56,942 nt of DNA from Octopus bimaculoides (GCF_001194135.2 NC_068991.1:36248475-36305416); one strand, 5' to 3'; counted from the stretch's first letter, positions 24,651-37,169 are shown. The notes: generated from the letters alone by a model not told the origin. Program-made: numbers and translations.

Positions 24651-26301
24651 AGCGGAATTTAATAATAATTAATGGTCACTTCTCTTCAACGTTCTCATCG
24701 TCATTATCACCATCATTACGGAAAATGACGTTGGTTACTTTCCTGCTTCTACCGCTGTGACACGATAACTGCTGGTGCTATTGATGTTATTGTTGTGAAT
24801 GCTGCTGTTGATGATGATGAGGATGACGACAACGACAACAGCAGCGATGACGGTGGTGATGATGACAATAGTCTTGGATTGCGATATTCAGCGTCGCTAA
24901 TCACACACATACCAACATTCATTGTTCCCTTTTTCTGGAACGGCATTTTATAAGTCATATCGAAGCTATTAACTGTCCATCTCAATTTACAGAGATTATC
25001 ATTATTATTGTTGTTGCTGTTGTTGTGGTTGTTATTGTTATTGTCTTGTCATCATTCTTGACGTTCTTGTATTGGAGACAGAGTATTTTTTACGTTTGAC
25101 GATTTCAATTAGTGCAATAAATTTTGTATAATTGCTGTTGCTACATCACATGCGCAATTTGCATTTATCGTTTAATATTGTAAATTTCATTTCACTCCAT
25201 ACATACGTACATACATACATCCATATATCTATATATCTATGTATCTATATTTCTATGCATGTATATATATACATATATAAATATTTATGTATATATGTAT
25301 TTATGTTTTCATCAGTGTGACTCAGAGTAATAGGTATGCACTCTGAGTGCTCAAATTGATATGCCACTAAAATTCAGGTTTGAACTGCAGTTGAAAATGT
25401 GATGTTGAGACAGATTCTCGGAAGCGGCTAGGAGTGGTTTCTTCTAAAGCAGCTAGGCATAGATTAAAGCAGATGAAAAGACAAACCATTTGGCAAGATT
25501 TAATAAAGAAGTTTAATTTGGATATATAATAGAAAAGTTGTATATTTATATATATAATAAAAAGGTATAACAGTGAAGGAATATTACTCATCAATGATAA
25601 TTATTGTAGTCTATATCAAATGCACACCACCTGCCTGTCCTCCTCCTACTATAGTGTAGTATACTCATTCTTACTTTAGTCCTTATCCAACATTGGAACT
25701 GGCAACATCTATTCCCCTCGCCAAGGATTATAATCAAACCATTCTCTCTTTTTTGATTCTACTAATGGACATTACTGCTTTTCTTAATTTGCCCATGGAT
25801 CTACATAACGAATATTTATTTTAATTAGATTTTTCTTGGCAAAATAAAATACAAAAGTTATCATTGATGACTGATATTCCTTCGCTGTTACACCCCTCTC
25901 TCTCTCTCTCTCTCTCTCTNNNNNNNNNNNNNNNNNNNNNNNNNNNNNNNNNNNNNNNNNNNNNNNNNNNNNNNNNNNNNNNNNNNNNNNNNNNNNNNNN
26001 NNNNNNNNNNNNNNNNNNNNNNNNNNNNNNNNNNNNNNNNNNNNNNNNNNNNNNNNNNNNNNNNNNNNNNNNNNNNNNNNNNNNNNNNNNNNNNNNNNNN
26101 NNNNNNNNNNNNNNNNNNNNNNNNNNNNNNNNNNNNNNNNNNNNNNNNNNNNNNNNNNNNNNNNNNNNNNNNNNNNNNNNNNNNNNNNNNNNNNNNNNNN
26201 NNNNNNNNNNNNNNNNNNNNNNNNNNNNNNNNNNNNNNNNNNNNNNNNNNNNNNNNNNNNNNNNNNNNNNNNNNNNNNNNNNNNNNNNNNNTATATATAT
26301 A

Positions 26302-27075
26302 CTAGCTGACGTATCCGGTAAAGCGGGGTTTATCCCTTGGTTCCGTTCTCATAATTATTTCACTAATCCATTAACAACAATACAAAGTATGTAGCCCTTA
26401 AAACGGTTTTTGTGCATTTACAGAGAATACCGAACTGTCTTGTTTTTAGGAGTTCCCAATAAGTTATGAATACCCAAATTGTGAAGTCAGTTATGTAATA
26501 ACATGCAATTAGTTACTCGATAGTAAGAATTCAAATAAAGTAGCCCCGAAAAGGGCTTTAATGTGTTCCCAGAGTATATAGAACTTAGGAGGAAGCACCA
26601 ACAAGGTACGTATATTAAATTCGTGAAGTATGTTACGTAATAACAGGCTAATTAGATATGAGATAATAACAATTCAAAGTAAATAACTCTGAAAAGGGCT
26701 TTTGTGCGTTCCCAGAGAATATTACTTGTTTAAGGGTTGTACTAGATAAATTGCGAAAATAATTCTAACAGTTCAAATACTAAGAAATAAACATACTCAA
26801 TTTGATTTATACCAAATAATATAGGAAAATGTATGGGTTATTTCCCTTGGCTGGTAAAATAAAATATATTAGTTATATATAAGAATCCCTTCCAGGATTC
26901 CTATTGTCGATGTTTTTCAACAATTTGAGTATGCCGTGAGGTTTCCAGACATGAGTTCTACTCACGTGTCAAGTTTAATCAATATCGATATCGCGATGTA
27001 GGAGGAGTTAGCTAACATCTCCACAAACAAGCACACCTATAGGCAGGATTTCCCACATATGCAGTATATATATAT
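26302..27075 (-). mobile_element. Non-autonomous Helitron-like element with an internal ~50-bp duplication
   Basis: The minus-strand end reads ccg-ctttac-cgg...CTAG|T into an (AT)n tract. An internal repeat aattcaaa..gaaaagggcttt..tg.gttcccagag.atat occurs at about 26529 and 26671. Confidence 0.55.
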
Positions 27076-27421
27076 ATATNNNNNNNNNNNNNNNNNNNNN
27101 NNNNNNNNNNNNNNNNNNNNNNNNNNNNNNNNNNNNNNNNNNNNNNNNNNNNNNNNNNNNNNNNNNNNNNNNNNNNNNNNNNNNNNNNNNNNNNNNNNNN
27201 NNNNNNNNNNNNNNNNNNNNNNNNNNNNNNNNNNNNNNNNNNNNNNNNNNNNNNNNNNNNNNNNNNNNNNNNNNNNNNNNNNNNNNNNNNNNNNNNNNNN
27301 NNNNNNNNNNNNNNNNNNNNNNNNNNNNNNNNNNNNNNNNNNNNNNNNNNNNNNNNNNNNNNNNNNNNNNNNNNNNNNNNNNNNNNNNNNNNNNNNNNNN
27401 NNNNNNNNNNNNNNNNNNNNN

Positions 27422-27460
<39 letters not shown>

Positions 27461-27729
27461 CACACACATACACGCATACACACACAAACACATGGGTATT
27501 CCTTCCTATGTACATATGTATATTCGCATGCCTGTATGCACGTATAGCAGTGTGCGTAGATACGCATGCGCGTGTACATGTGCATTCGCACGCGCGTGCG
27601 TGTGAATATATGCGCATAACAAGCGTTGGGTTTGGTAAGCGTTGGGGGATTGGTATGCGTTGGGGTTGGTAAACGTTGGAGGATTGGTAATTGGCGGTCC
27701 TGCTCATAGGGCTGGTCGGTAGCGGTGAC

Positions 27730-28980
27730 CTTAGTGCAGGCGGTGCAGAGTAGCAGCTGGGGCTAAGGTGCTATATCCGGGTTGTCGGAAGTCAGAGGCC
27801 CGAAATTTGCCAGAAGGGCATACCTTTGGTAACAACAATACGATAATTCGTATTTTATGTTGAAGGATACTGCGGGTTGTTGGAGGATATGCAGTTTTTC
27901 GGGGAGGCAGAGCTGGCAGTTGGTGGTGCTGGGTGAATATGGTGGCGCTCTGTCGACGATAATCCACTTCATGCTGAGTATTTCATCTCGAAGATCGCAG
28001 ACTCTCCAGAGAAAACGAGACAGTGGAGTAGATTTCTCTCTTTCCTGGATCTGAACGAGTGCATATGCTGGGAGTATCTTTCTTTGAAGTCATTAACTGT
28101 CATACTCGTATAGTGCCTAGTAATGCATCGGATGGTGCAATAGTGGCTCTGTATACTATGGCCCTTGAGTGGCAAGATCCTTCTAGAGGGCACATGGTTG
28201 GGTTCCCAAAGATGCAGGTTGGGTTTGGGTTGGCGTCGGTGCATTTTACGTCTGTTGATGCGCGCGATGTTACATGCGATGTTGTCTAAGCAGGAGTAAC
28301 TCGCTTTGACATTATAGGGTTTGAAGAGTTTGTAATGCCTATGTTCTCGGGGATGTGTTCCTTAATTAGCGACGGGAAGCCTCGAGCTGCGTTGGTGGAA
28401 ACGTCTAGGCTGAAAGGGTGTTATACCATATAATTTTTCTTCTCCTAATCCATTTGGGATGAGAGGAGGGTGTTTGGGGTTGTCCACATACGTGAGCTTC
28501 TCAGTAAATCCGCTCCTATCAAAAGCATCGTTGTAGTGGGGGGAGGGCAGCCCTGTTAAAGATTTCTCTATTGGCCGAGAAGATAGATAGTCGTTTACTA
28601 ATGTCTGGAACCAGTTTTCTAATTACAGCAGGAGGATGGTTTGAGCTCTTGTGGATATATACTGTATCCTCGTTAGGATTTCTGTACGGGTAATACTTGC
28701 CCGTACTCAGGTCTTAGGTTACATCCAAGAAATCGACCGTAGTCAGATTGGTGGTAACCGTTACGGACAAGCCGAAATCCTTAAATATTTTTATCAAGTC
28801 CTTCCTGAACCTGTCCATGATGTGGCCGTTCATATGCTTTGAGATAACCAAGCCGTCTTCCATATAGAGGGTCGGCCTCTGTGGATGGGTACGTCTCTTG
28901 AGGGTATCCGAGATGTATAACTCGACGAAGTCGACGATTTCAGCCCCTTCAAATCTCCCCATAGAGACGTGGAACAATGG
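27730..28980 (-). mobile_element. Penelope-like element: RT C-terminal half plus GIY-YIG endonuclease, degenerate
   Basis: FHVSMGRFEGAEIVDFVELYI; LYMEDG (YRDDG-like)..TVDFLDVT; YIHKSSNHPP; RRRKIIWYN; CPLEGSCHSRAIVYRATI; KWIIVDRAPPYSPSTTNCQLCLPEK. Confidence 0.9.
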
Positions 28981-29350
28981 AACTCCAGCGCAGGCGCGGT
29001 CGACTGGTTCCGCGGTGTCCAGAATAAATCAGGTTGTAGATTCACTCAGTTCGACGTTATTAACTTCTACCCTTCCATATGTAAGCCCCTCCTTCTGAAG
29101 TCCCTAACTTTTGCTGAGCAATACACCAGCATTAATGACCTTGACATCAGAATTTTCATGAATACCAGAAAGTTATTCCTGGTTTACGACGATTCCTTCT
29201 GGGTTAAAAGAGAAGGTGACTCATTGTTCGACGTCTGTATTGCTATATCAAGTTATATGAACGGCCACAACAACGACAGGTTCAGGAAGGACATGACTAA
29301 ACTATTTAAGGAATTTGGCCTGTCCATAAAGGTTACCACCAACTTGACTA
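28973..29350 (+). mobile_element. Penelope-like RT fragment in opposite orientation, head-to-head with the previous feature
   Basis: QWNSSAGAVDWF..FTQFDVINFYPSI..WVKREGDSLFDV..MNGHNNDRFRKDMTKLFKEFGLSIKVTTNLT. Confidence 0.9.
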
Positions 29351-29484
29351 TACATACATACATACATACATACGTACGACGTACGTACGTACGTATGTAT
29401 GTAAGTATGTACGTACGTATGAATGTATGTATGTATGTATGTATATATGTATGTATGGAAATATGGAAATATGGCTACAGAAAT

Positions 29485-29880
29485 ACATCTGCAAATTCAA
29501 AGGGCAGCAAAAGCATTTGCTGGCTTGGAGTCACGCGTTTGACGTCAGCGACATATAAATAATACAAAGTTGGCTTTTTACAAATCATTTATCTTACCAT
29601 CTGTTGCATTCTTGTGAAATATGGACATGTTATGAAAGACATTTTAAATTGTTAGAACAACTCGACCAAAAATGCATTCATCGCATTTTAAACATTAAAG
29701 GTTCGTTTTCCAAATGCCTAAATGTCTGTGTACGCCTTTCAATACAATGTATGCCAGAAGCTTTGAAAATCTAACGGAGGTCTCAAAATACATTTTAAGG
29801 TCCACAAAGATCAGAACTTACCTGCAGCTTTTGGTGGTCCAAATCGGATATGCAATCTATGTGGGTGTCTATTCAAAATA
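29485..29880 (+). mobile_element. Highly degenerate RTE-clade LINE remnant
   Basis: EIHLQIQRAAKAFAGLESRV..TKLAFYKSFILPS, resembling the KASxAFGRL..TKxxVYxAxVL block of the RTE at 37170-38795. Confidence 0.5.
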
Positions 29881-30054
29881 TTGTTTGTTTTAAAAAAGCC
29901 ACATCAGATGCCATGATGGTTTTAAGGTGTAGGTACAGGAAGTGGTCAAACTCTATATAAAGAGTAGATAACCACCATGTATGTATGTATGTATGTATGT
30001 ATGTATGTATGTATGCATGCATGTATGTATGTATATATATATATACATATATAG

Positions 30055-30165
<111 letters not shown>

Positions 30166-31392
30166 CATATATACATATCTATACTATAATGGAGAAAGCT
30201 GCTTATTAATTATGTATGTAACAATTACTAAAAGTACTAAAAGATATCAATTACGAAAGGGTTGACGGTCAGGAAATATTTTTATAAATTCATGTTCTAA
30301 GAAATTTCCTATCATTTAGATTCCTCAAGTTTAATGAATTTTTTTAACTCCAGTTTCTCGCATATTTAAATATTCATTGCATTCACTGCGTCCAGTTCTT
30401 CACAAATTTAAATATTCATTGCGTTCACTACGGAGTATTGCATTTATATTTGCAAAGTCTCACTTTCTCTTTTAATGTTTTCATATCGAGTTTTAATTCG
30501 CTATGTGGGAAACCGACAGTTTATTTTATTAATGTATATGTAATGTAAAAACATTATTTATTGAATGAAAGTTTTTTTAAATACCCGTATATTTTTTGTA
30601 AAAGAATTTTCAAGTGATTTTGTTGTTATGGCTGTTTGGAATGCTATAATCCTTACAATAATAACTATTCGGATCGATTGTGGCCATTTTCCTTTTTAAC
30701 TTAAAAATCATGGGAGGAGTCTTTTCAGTAAAAAGCACAAAACAAAACAAATTGTTAATATATTCAGAGGAAAAGGTAAACAATTCAAGGAAGGTTTCAC
30801 TATTGTTTCTAGCACAACCCAAACCACCCTCCCTTTTCACTCTCACATGTATTGATAGTTTTCAATATTTTCCTCCTATTTTATGGATTGATGATGCCAA
30901 AGTAACACACGCGTGCTCCATTGGGGGAAGAGAAAAACAACAAAATAAATCGTAATCTAAATTTTTACCCTCACCTTCGCTTTGAATCCATGACCTGTTT
31001 ATTGGCAAAACTTCGTGCTGTATCACTTTTGTGAACAGGTCGCGGTTTCAAAGCGACGTAAATATTTTGACATAAATGAAATTTTATGTTGAAGTGAAAC
31101 TAACGGTTTTTGTGTGATCTGGAATGGTTTACAAACATCTTCCACGCTGCAATTGTTTTTTTGTTTCAGCACACGATGCCAGATCAAGTCACTTGCGATG
31201 CAAGTACTGGGTCGTCAAGTATGAAATTTGCAGTAAGGTATATGGTAAACCTCGACAGATGCTAATTTTGCACCATTATTATATTTTGACAATATTTTTT
31301 GTTAGAAAGTTGACATATCTATTTCTTTATTCTAACTCATTTTGCGCTTTATAGAGTATCTATGAATCGTTTTTTGCTATTTTTGTTTAGAG

Positions 31393-31493
31393 ATGGATAA
31401 GTCGGAAATTCGTACAGTTTTGAAATATGAGTTCTTTCTTGGAAATACAGCATCACTAACGGCTAGGAATATTAACGGAGTATTTAGTGTATC
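31393..31493 (+). pseudogene. Mariner transposase N-terminal HTH fragment
   Basis: MDKSEIRTVLKYEFFLGNTASLTARNINGVF, close to the Hsmar1-type DKKQIRAIFLFEFKMGRKAAETTRNINNAFG pattern. Confidence 0.75.
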
Positions 31494-31859
31494 ATTTTTG
31501 AGACAATGGATATATGCATAAAACAAGTCACCCAAGTTTCAAGTCTTTCCACTTTACCTTTGTTCAGCCAATACCACAGATAAAGCACAGATGAAGAAAA
31601 GAAAATATATTCATAGAAAAAGTCAAACCAAGACTGAATAAACTTTAACAAACTACATTCACGAACAACTATTCTCACACAAAGTCATTCTACACCTTGA
31701 CATATTGGATTTATACAGCCAACAACCTAAACTTTGGTCTCTGGCAGATTCTATATTGCGTACGTTTTGAATGATTAGAAAAGAAATGCATTTAATAGCA
31801 AATTTTGATACCTGCGTACATAAAACAAACCATGACTATTCAACCACTAAGCTACTGAA

Positions 31860-32156
31860 TAAGGGCTGTTTAAGGATGTTGAACGGAACACCCATGTTTA
31901 CAGAGTTGAAATCTTCACCCCCCCCCAAGAATTCCTCTTAACGCATAGTTATGATGTTCCCTCACTACTTCTGCTTGTGATCAGAGATGCACATATCGTC
32001 AGTCACCAAGGGACATGCTCAACTGGTTAAAGTCAAACAACCGACAAGCTAATCTATGGTATTGAGCAAAATATTTGCTGTTGCATATCTTTAAACCAAG
32101 CCAAAACATGTACATGATACCACTTCCAATCAGTTAAGATCAGAAGTCATGAGAGC

Positions 32157-32159
<3 letters not shown>
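31860..32159 (-). mobile_element. Unclassified interspersed repeat 'X', copy 2
   Basis: Matches 22553-22763 and ends at the same base (gagccat) against (ATT)n. The left boundary beyond 31950 is approximate. Confidence 0.7.
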
Positions 32160-32250
<91 letters not shown>

Positions 32251-32252
32251 GT

Positions 32253-32705
32253 AAGGCGGCGAGTTGGCAGAATCGTTAACAGGCCGAGCGAAATACTTAG
32301 CAGCATTTCATCTGTCGCTACGTTCTGAGTTTCAATTCCACCGGGGTCGACTTTGCTATTCATCCTTTCGGGTACGATTAAATAAGTACCAGTTACGCAC
32401 TGAGGTTGATGTAATCGACTTAATCCCTCCCCCAAATTTCAGGCTTTGTACTATAGTAGAAAGGATTATTATTATTATTATTATTATTATTGGCAGTAAG
32501 GCGGCGAGCTGGTAGTACGCCGAATGAAATGCTTAGCGGTATTTCGTCTGTCTTCAGGTTCTGAGGTGAAATTCTGCTGAGGTCGACTTTGCCTTTCATA
32601 CTTTCGAGGTCGATAAAGTAATTTGCCGTTGAGCAGTGCTGTCGATGTAATCAACTAGTTCCCTCGCACAAAATTACTGGCCGTATACCAAAGTTTTAAA
32701 CCATT
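32253..32705 (+). mobile_element. Two tandem SINE-A copies (32253-32468 and 32498-32705) in (ATT)n
   Basis: aaggcggcgag.tgg heads and ggtcgactttgc..ttcat.ctttcg cores. The tails differ (gtagaaagg versus aaagttttaaacc). Confidence 0.9.
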
Positions 32706-33380
32706 ATTATATTTGGCTGACTCTACACCAAGAAAGGTCGGTGTTGATATTTAGAAATCTGATTAAGTAATGCTGAAAGTTTGTTAATTTTCTCAATAGG
32801 CTAATATGAACTTAGAAACTGAATCGGCTAACCCAGATCATATTTAAATATAGTTTAGCGTTGTTAGGTTAGCAAACAGGAATTGCATAATGCAGTACTC
32901 AGACTGACGAATACCAGTCCCCAGTCCAAATATTCGGGAAACTCCATCAACTCCCAATTCTTTATTAATGAGAAGACAAAATAACGTTTGCACCTTTGGA
33001 CAAAAAAATCTCTTAAATTTTATCAAATTTAGCAATTTGCTCGTACTTTTAAACCAATTTCCGCCCCCGAAGTTAGGTTCACTGAGAAAAATTAACATAT
33101 GGTGTTCACTTTGTAAGTCATGTTACAAATCATGTTTGCCAGTGGTTTATGAAGTTCTTTGTAAACAATTGTAGAAGTAGGGGTTCACTCTAAAGAGAAA
33201 TATGTAATTATGTTTATGTCTTCTCTATCAAAATGTGCTGCAATGTCTCCGTGTTGAAAATATATGGTGAACCAATGAAAAAGTGTACAAATGTGTCCGA
33301 TGTAATGGTTTGAGTAGTAAAGTTTACATTGAAATTTGTACATCACATTAGTTTCTCGTTCTATCCCTTGCGCATGTATA

Positions 33381-33416
<36 letters not shown>

Positions 33417-33866
33417 GTGTGTGTCGGTATGTATGTGTACACGCATGTGCGAGTGTGTATGTGTGTGTGCAAAAATACTGTAATCAATATGTACTGCTAC
33501 TCTATAAAACTATAGACTTTTATTGGCATGTTTTTTTTTTTTTTTTTTTTTTTTTGGTGTATCATTACGGATGTTGACCGAACATAAAGTTCCAATATGT
33601 CGAGAAAAATCGTCTGTCAGCGATCAGGCTATTTGATATGTTGTATTTATTTATTTATTTAGTAACTTGCTTATTTTTTCATATTACCTGAGGTACAAAG
33701 TGAAAGAAAAATATTTAAGATGTGTATGTACGTGTGTATTTTCTTCCTTTGTGTGTATATTCACATATATACTCTCACTCAAACATACACACACATATGC
33801 ATGCATATAATTTTTCATATTTGCACATTTGTATGTATCTTTTAACACACACACATATGTAAGTAT

Positions 33867-33897
<31 letters not shown>

Positions 33898-34336
33898 NNN
33901 NNNNNNNNNNNNNNNNNNNNNNNNNNNNNNNNNNNNNNNNNNNNNNNNNNNNNNNNNNNNNNNNNNNNNNNNNNNNNNNNNNNNNNNNNNNNNNNNNNNN
34001 NNNNNNNNNNNNNNNNNNNNNNNNNNNNNNNNNNNNNNNNNNNNNNNNNNNNNNNNNNNNNNNNNNNNNNNNNNNNNNNNNNNNNNNNNNNNNNNNNNNN
34101 NNNNNNNNNNNNNNNNNNNNNNNNNNNNNNNNNNNNNNNNNNNNNNNNNNNNNNNNNNNNNNNNNNNNNNNNNNNNNNNNNNNNNNNNNNNNNNNNNNNN
34201 NNNNNNNNNNNNNNNNNNNNNNNNNNNNNNNNNNNNNNNNNNNNNNNNNNNNNNNNNNNNNNNNNNNNNNNNNNNNNNNNNNNNNNNNNNNNNNNNNNNN
34301 NNNNNNNNNCTGAGAGAGTGGGGAGCTGGAGAGCTA

Positions 34337-34362
34337 ACGAGTATCAGAATTCTGATACTCGT
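34337..34362. repeat. Perfect 26-bp palindrome
   Basis: acgagtatcagaa-ttctgatactcgt. Confidence 0.95.
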
Positions 34363-34592
34363 ATAGAATGTGACTGATACAAAGAAATGGTCGGCGACAA
34401 CGGTTAAAGATAATGAATATGTATGAGAATGAAAAGCGTACAAAAGTAGTTTGGAAAACATATACACAAAGAGCTCTCTCTCTTCTCTCTCTCTCCCTCC
34501 CTCTCTCCCTGTCACACTCTCTCTCTCTCGCTCTTTCTCCCCTCTCTCTCTTCCTTTTTTTCTTTCTTTATTTCTTTCCTTCTTTCTTTCTT

Positions 34593-34633
<41 letters not shown>

Positions 34634-35002
34634 ATATATATTATACATATGTGTGTATGTGTGTCTGTGTACATGTGTGTGTTTCTGTGAGCATATATAC
34701 ATACATACATACGTACATACATATATACATACACACACACACACGCACACATACACACACACACATATATATATATACACGCACTAACTCATATTCATAT
34801 TGACTTTAGTCTAGACAGTAAAGACAGCAAACTGCAGAGAGTTTCCTTTTTTAATATTCTCACGCATGTATGAAGATATATCATATATTTGATATCAGTT
34901 ATGCAATGAGTGTGTATAACTTTACTGTTATGATAATGTGCTTTAATACACACACACACACACACACGCAAACGCGCGCGCGCACACACATACATGCTTA
35001 TA

Positions 35003-35873
35003 CGTGGTCTGATCAATAAATAACCGGACTGCTGCCATAATAACGAAGGTAAAGCAGGCAGAGTAAAGCCGCTTGACACAGATATACTCTGGGTTCTGCT
35101 GTGAATGCGCACTAAGTTTTGTCGCTCTAGCTCACTTCCGCTGTTTGCAGCAGGGCTTGGAAGGAAGGTATGTAGCGTGTGATCCTCACATTGTCCATGA
35201 CAAAGAAAATTGAGCAGAGAATCTGCATCAAATGTTTCCAGAATCTTGGTGATAACTGCTCAGAGGCCTACGCAAAGTTTTCAAAAAGTTTTTGTCGTTC
35301 TCTATACAATCAAGGAGATTTTGTGCAACTGAAAACCGAGTGCCAATTTTGTACCAAAACTGAAAGCAGTTTTGGTACAAAATTGGCAGACACGCGTCTC
35401 ATAACCAAATCTTCAGTGATAACGGACTGAACTGATAACTCACGGATGGGAATTCGACGATTTCTCCTCACAGCTGCACGCACATCTGCGATGTTTTTCT
35501 CAGTTCTGCTGGTTGCGGATCTCCCAGAATTTTCGTCAATATCGACATTTTCTTGGCCATCTTGAAAACGTCTGAACCACTCATACACTTATTTGTGACT
35601 CATATACTCCTCTCCATACACTTTCTGCAACATTGTGTAAGGTTCTGAGCAGGTATCGCCATGACAATTTTCCTTGTCATGATCAATGCATGATCACACG
35701 CTAAACGCCTTCCTTCTAAGCACTACTGTATACAGTGGAAGTGAGCTAGAACGCTAAAACTTAGTGCACATGCACAGCTCAGTTTAAGGTCAATTTTTAC
35801 CATACGGCTTTACTCTGCGTGCTTTAGCTTTGATAGTATGGCAACAGTCCTAATACTTATTGATCAGACCTCG
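35003..35873. mobile_element. Defective mariner built from two inverted left (5') ends, flanked by TA
   Basis: TA|cgtggtctgatcaataa ... ttattgatcagacctcg|TA. The + arm codes MTKKIEQRICIKCFQNLG. The - arm codes LQKVYGEE..VYEWFRRFQDG..DENSGRSATS..VSANFVPKL. Confidence 0.9.
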
Positions 35874-36169
35874 TATATATATANNNNNNNNNNNNNNNNN
35901 NNNNNNNNNNNNNNNNNNNNNNNNNNNNNNNNNNNNNNNNNNNNNNNNNNNNNNNNNNNNNNNNNNNNNNNNNNNNNNNNNNNNNNNNNNNNNNNNNNNN
36001 NNNNNNNNNNNNNNNNNNNNNNNNNNNNNNNNNNNNNNNNNNNNNNNNNNNNNNNNNNNNNNNNNNNNNNNNNNNNNNNNNNNNNNNNNNNNNNNNNNNN
36101 NNNNNNNNNNNNNNNNNNNNNNNNNNNNNNNNNNNNNNNNNNNNNNNNNNNNNNNNNNNNNNNNNNNNN

Positions 36170-36392
36170 GACTCCATTTAATTAAGCAATGTGAACATTA
36201 CATTAAATGTAAAATGCAGAGCAATCCTCAGCTGCACAAAGATATAGAGGTTTACTGAAATTACATTTCAACAGAAGGACATATTTTCTGTTGAAATGTA
36301 ATTTCAGTAAATTTCTATATCTTTGTGCAGCTGAGGACTGCTCGGCATTTTATATTTGATGTAATGTTCACATTGCTTAATTAAATGGAGTC
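36170..36392. repeat. Long near-perfect inverted repeat (109-bp arms, 5-nt loop); the left arm runs into the gap
   Basis: 36170-36278 pairs with 36284-36392, with 8 non-Watson-Crick positions. Confidence 0.97.
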
Positions 36393-37169
36393 GCATGAAA
36401 CGATCGTACTGCATTAACTTTGGATATCCTTGTTGTTTAGTTTGACTATATATATATAGTGGACCACTACTTGGCCATTATTGTTCTCAGGTCTACTCTG
36501 ACCCGGAAAATAACACATGTCAGTGTCACAGCTATGGTTAACTAGCGTATGTAATGATAAACCACTTGAGCACGGGAACGCAGAAATACAAGTGGTTGCT
36601 GCCAGGGCACACAGTAAAACCACCGGGAGTGAGGGACGCCTAAGTGTTGTCACATGATCTTTCAGGAGAGGGACATGCTGACGTAAAACTTTTGTTTTCA
36701 CTTGATTACTGGTCCTCTCGCTTCAGTATGTCACTACGTAATAATCACGGAGACTCAGTATGGAACTCGTGTTGCACAAACATTTATCACTATACCTCAA
36801 TGACGTACAGATGTCTTTTTGTGGTGACCTCTTTTGTCAATCCAGTTACTGAAAAACCTATGGCAATGGAAGCGTAGCAACTATGCCGACCTAACCAGTT
36901 GGAAGCGAACAGTAAGTTAGAACTTTTGTTAGTCACCTATGCTTTAAGTCATACAGAGCTGCAGTGAGACCGAATAATCATTTGGGAGGTCATGGGCGGA
37001 AATTCATAAATGCCATTGACAACGAGGAAGCACAAAGAGATGGCAATCTTCTGTGAAGATGGAGAAGTCACCATATAAAATGAATGTATATGAATATGTG
37101 TGTGTATGTGTGTGTATGTGCATGTGTGTGTGTGGTGGGTGTAAGTGTGTGTGTATACAAATACATGTA

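Noticed and set aside
27695-27730. cagccctatgagcagg near the PLE 3' end as a possible hammerhead core (minus strand)
   Set aside because: Imperfect core, and no downstream GAAA or stems.
30363-30432. 27-bp direct repeat atttaaatattcattgc.ttcact.cg
   Set aside because: A simple two-copy local duplication with no further structure.
30710-30775. MGGVFS.. myristoylation-like start with AAG|gtaaac donor, in phase with the 31170 exon candidate
   Set aside because: Short motif expected by chance in AT-rich DNA; no homology recognised.
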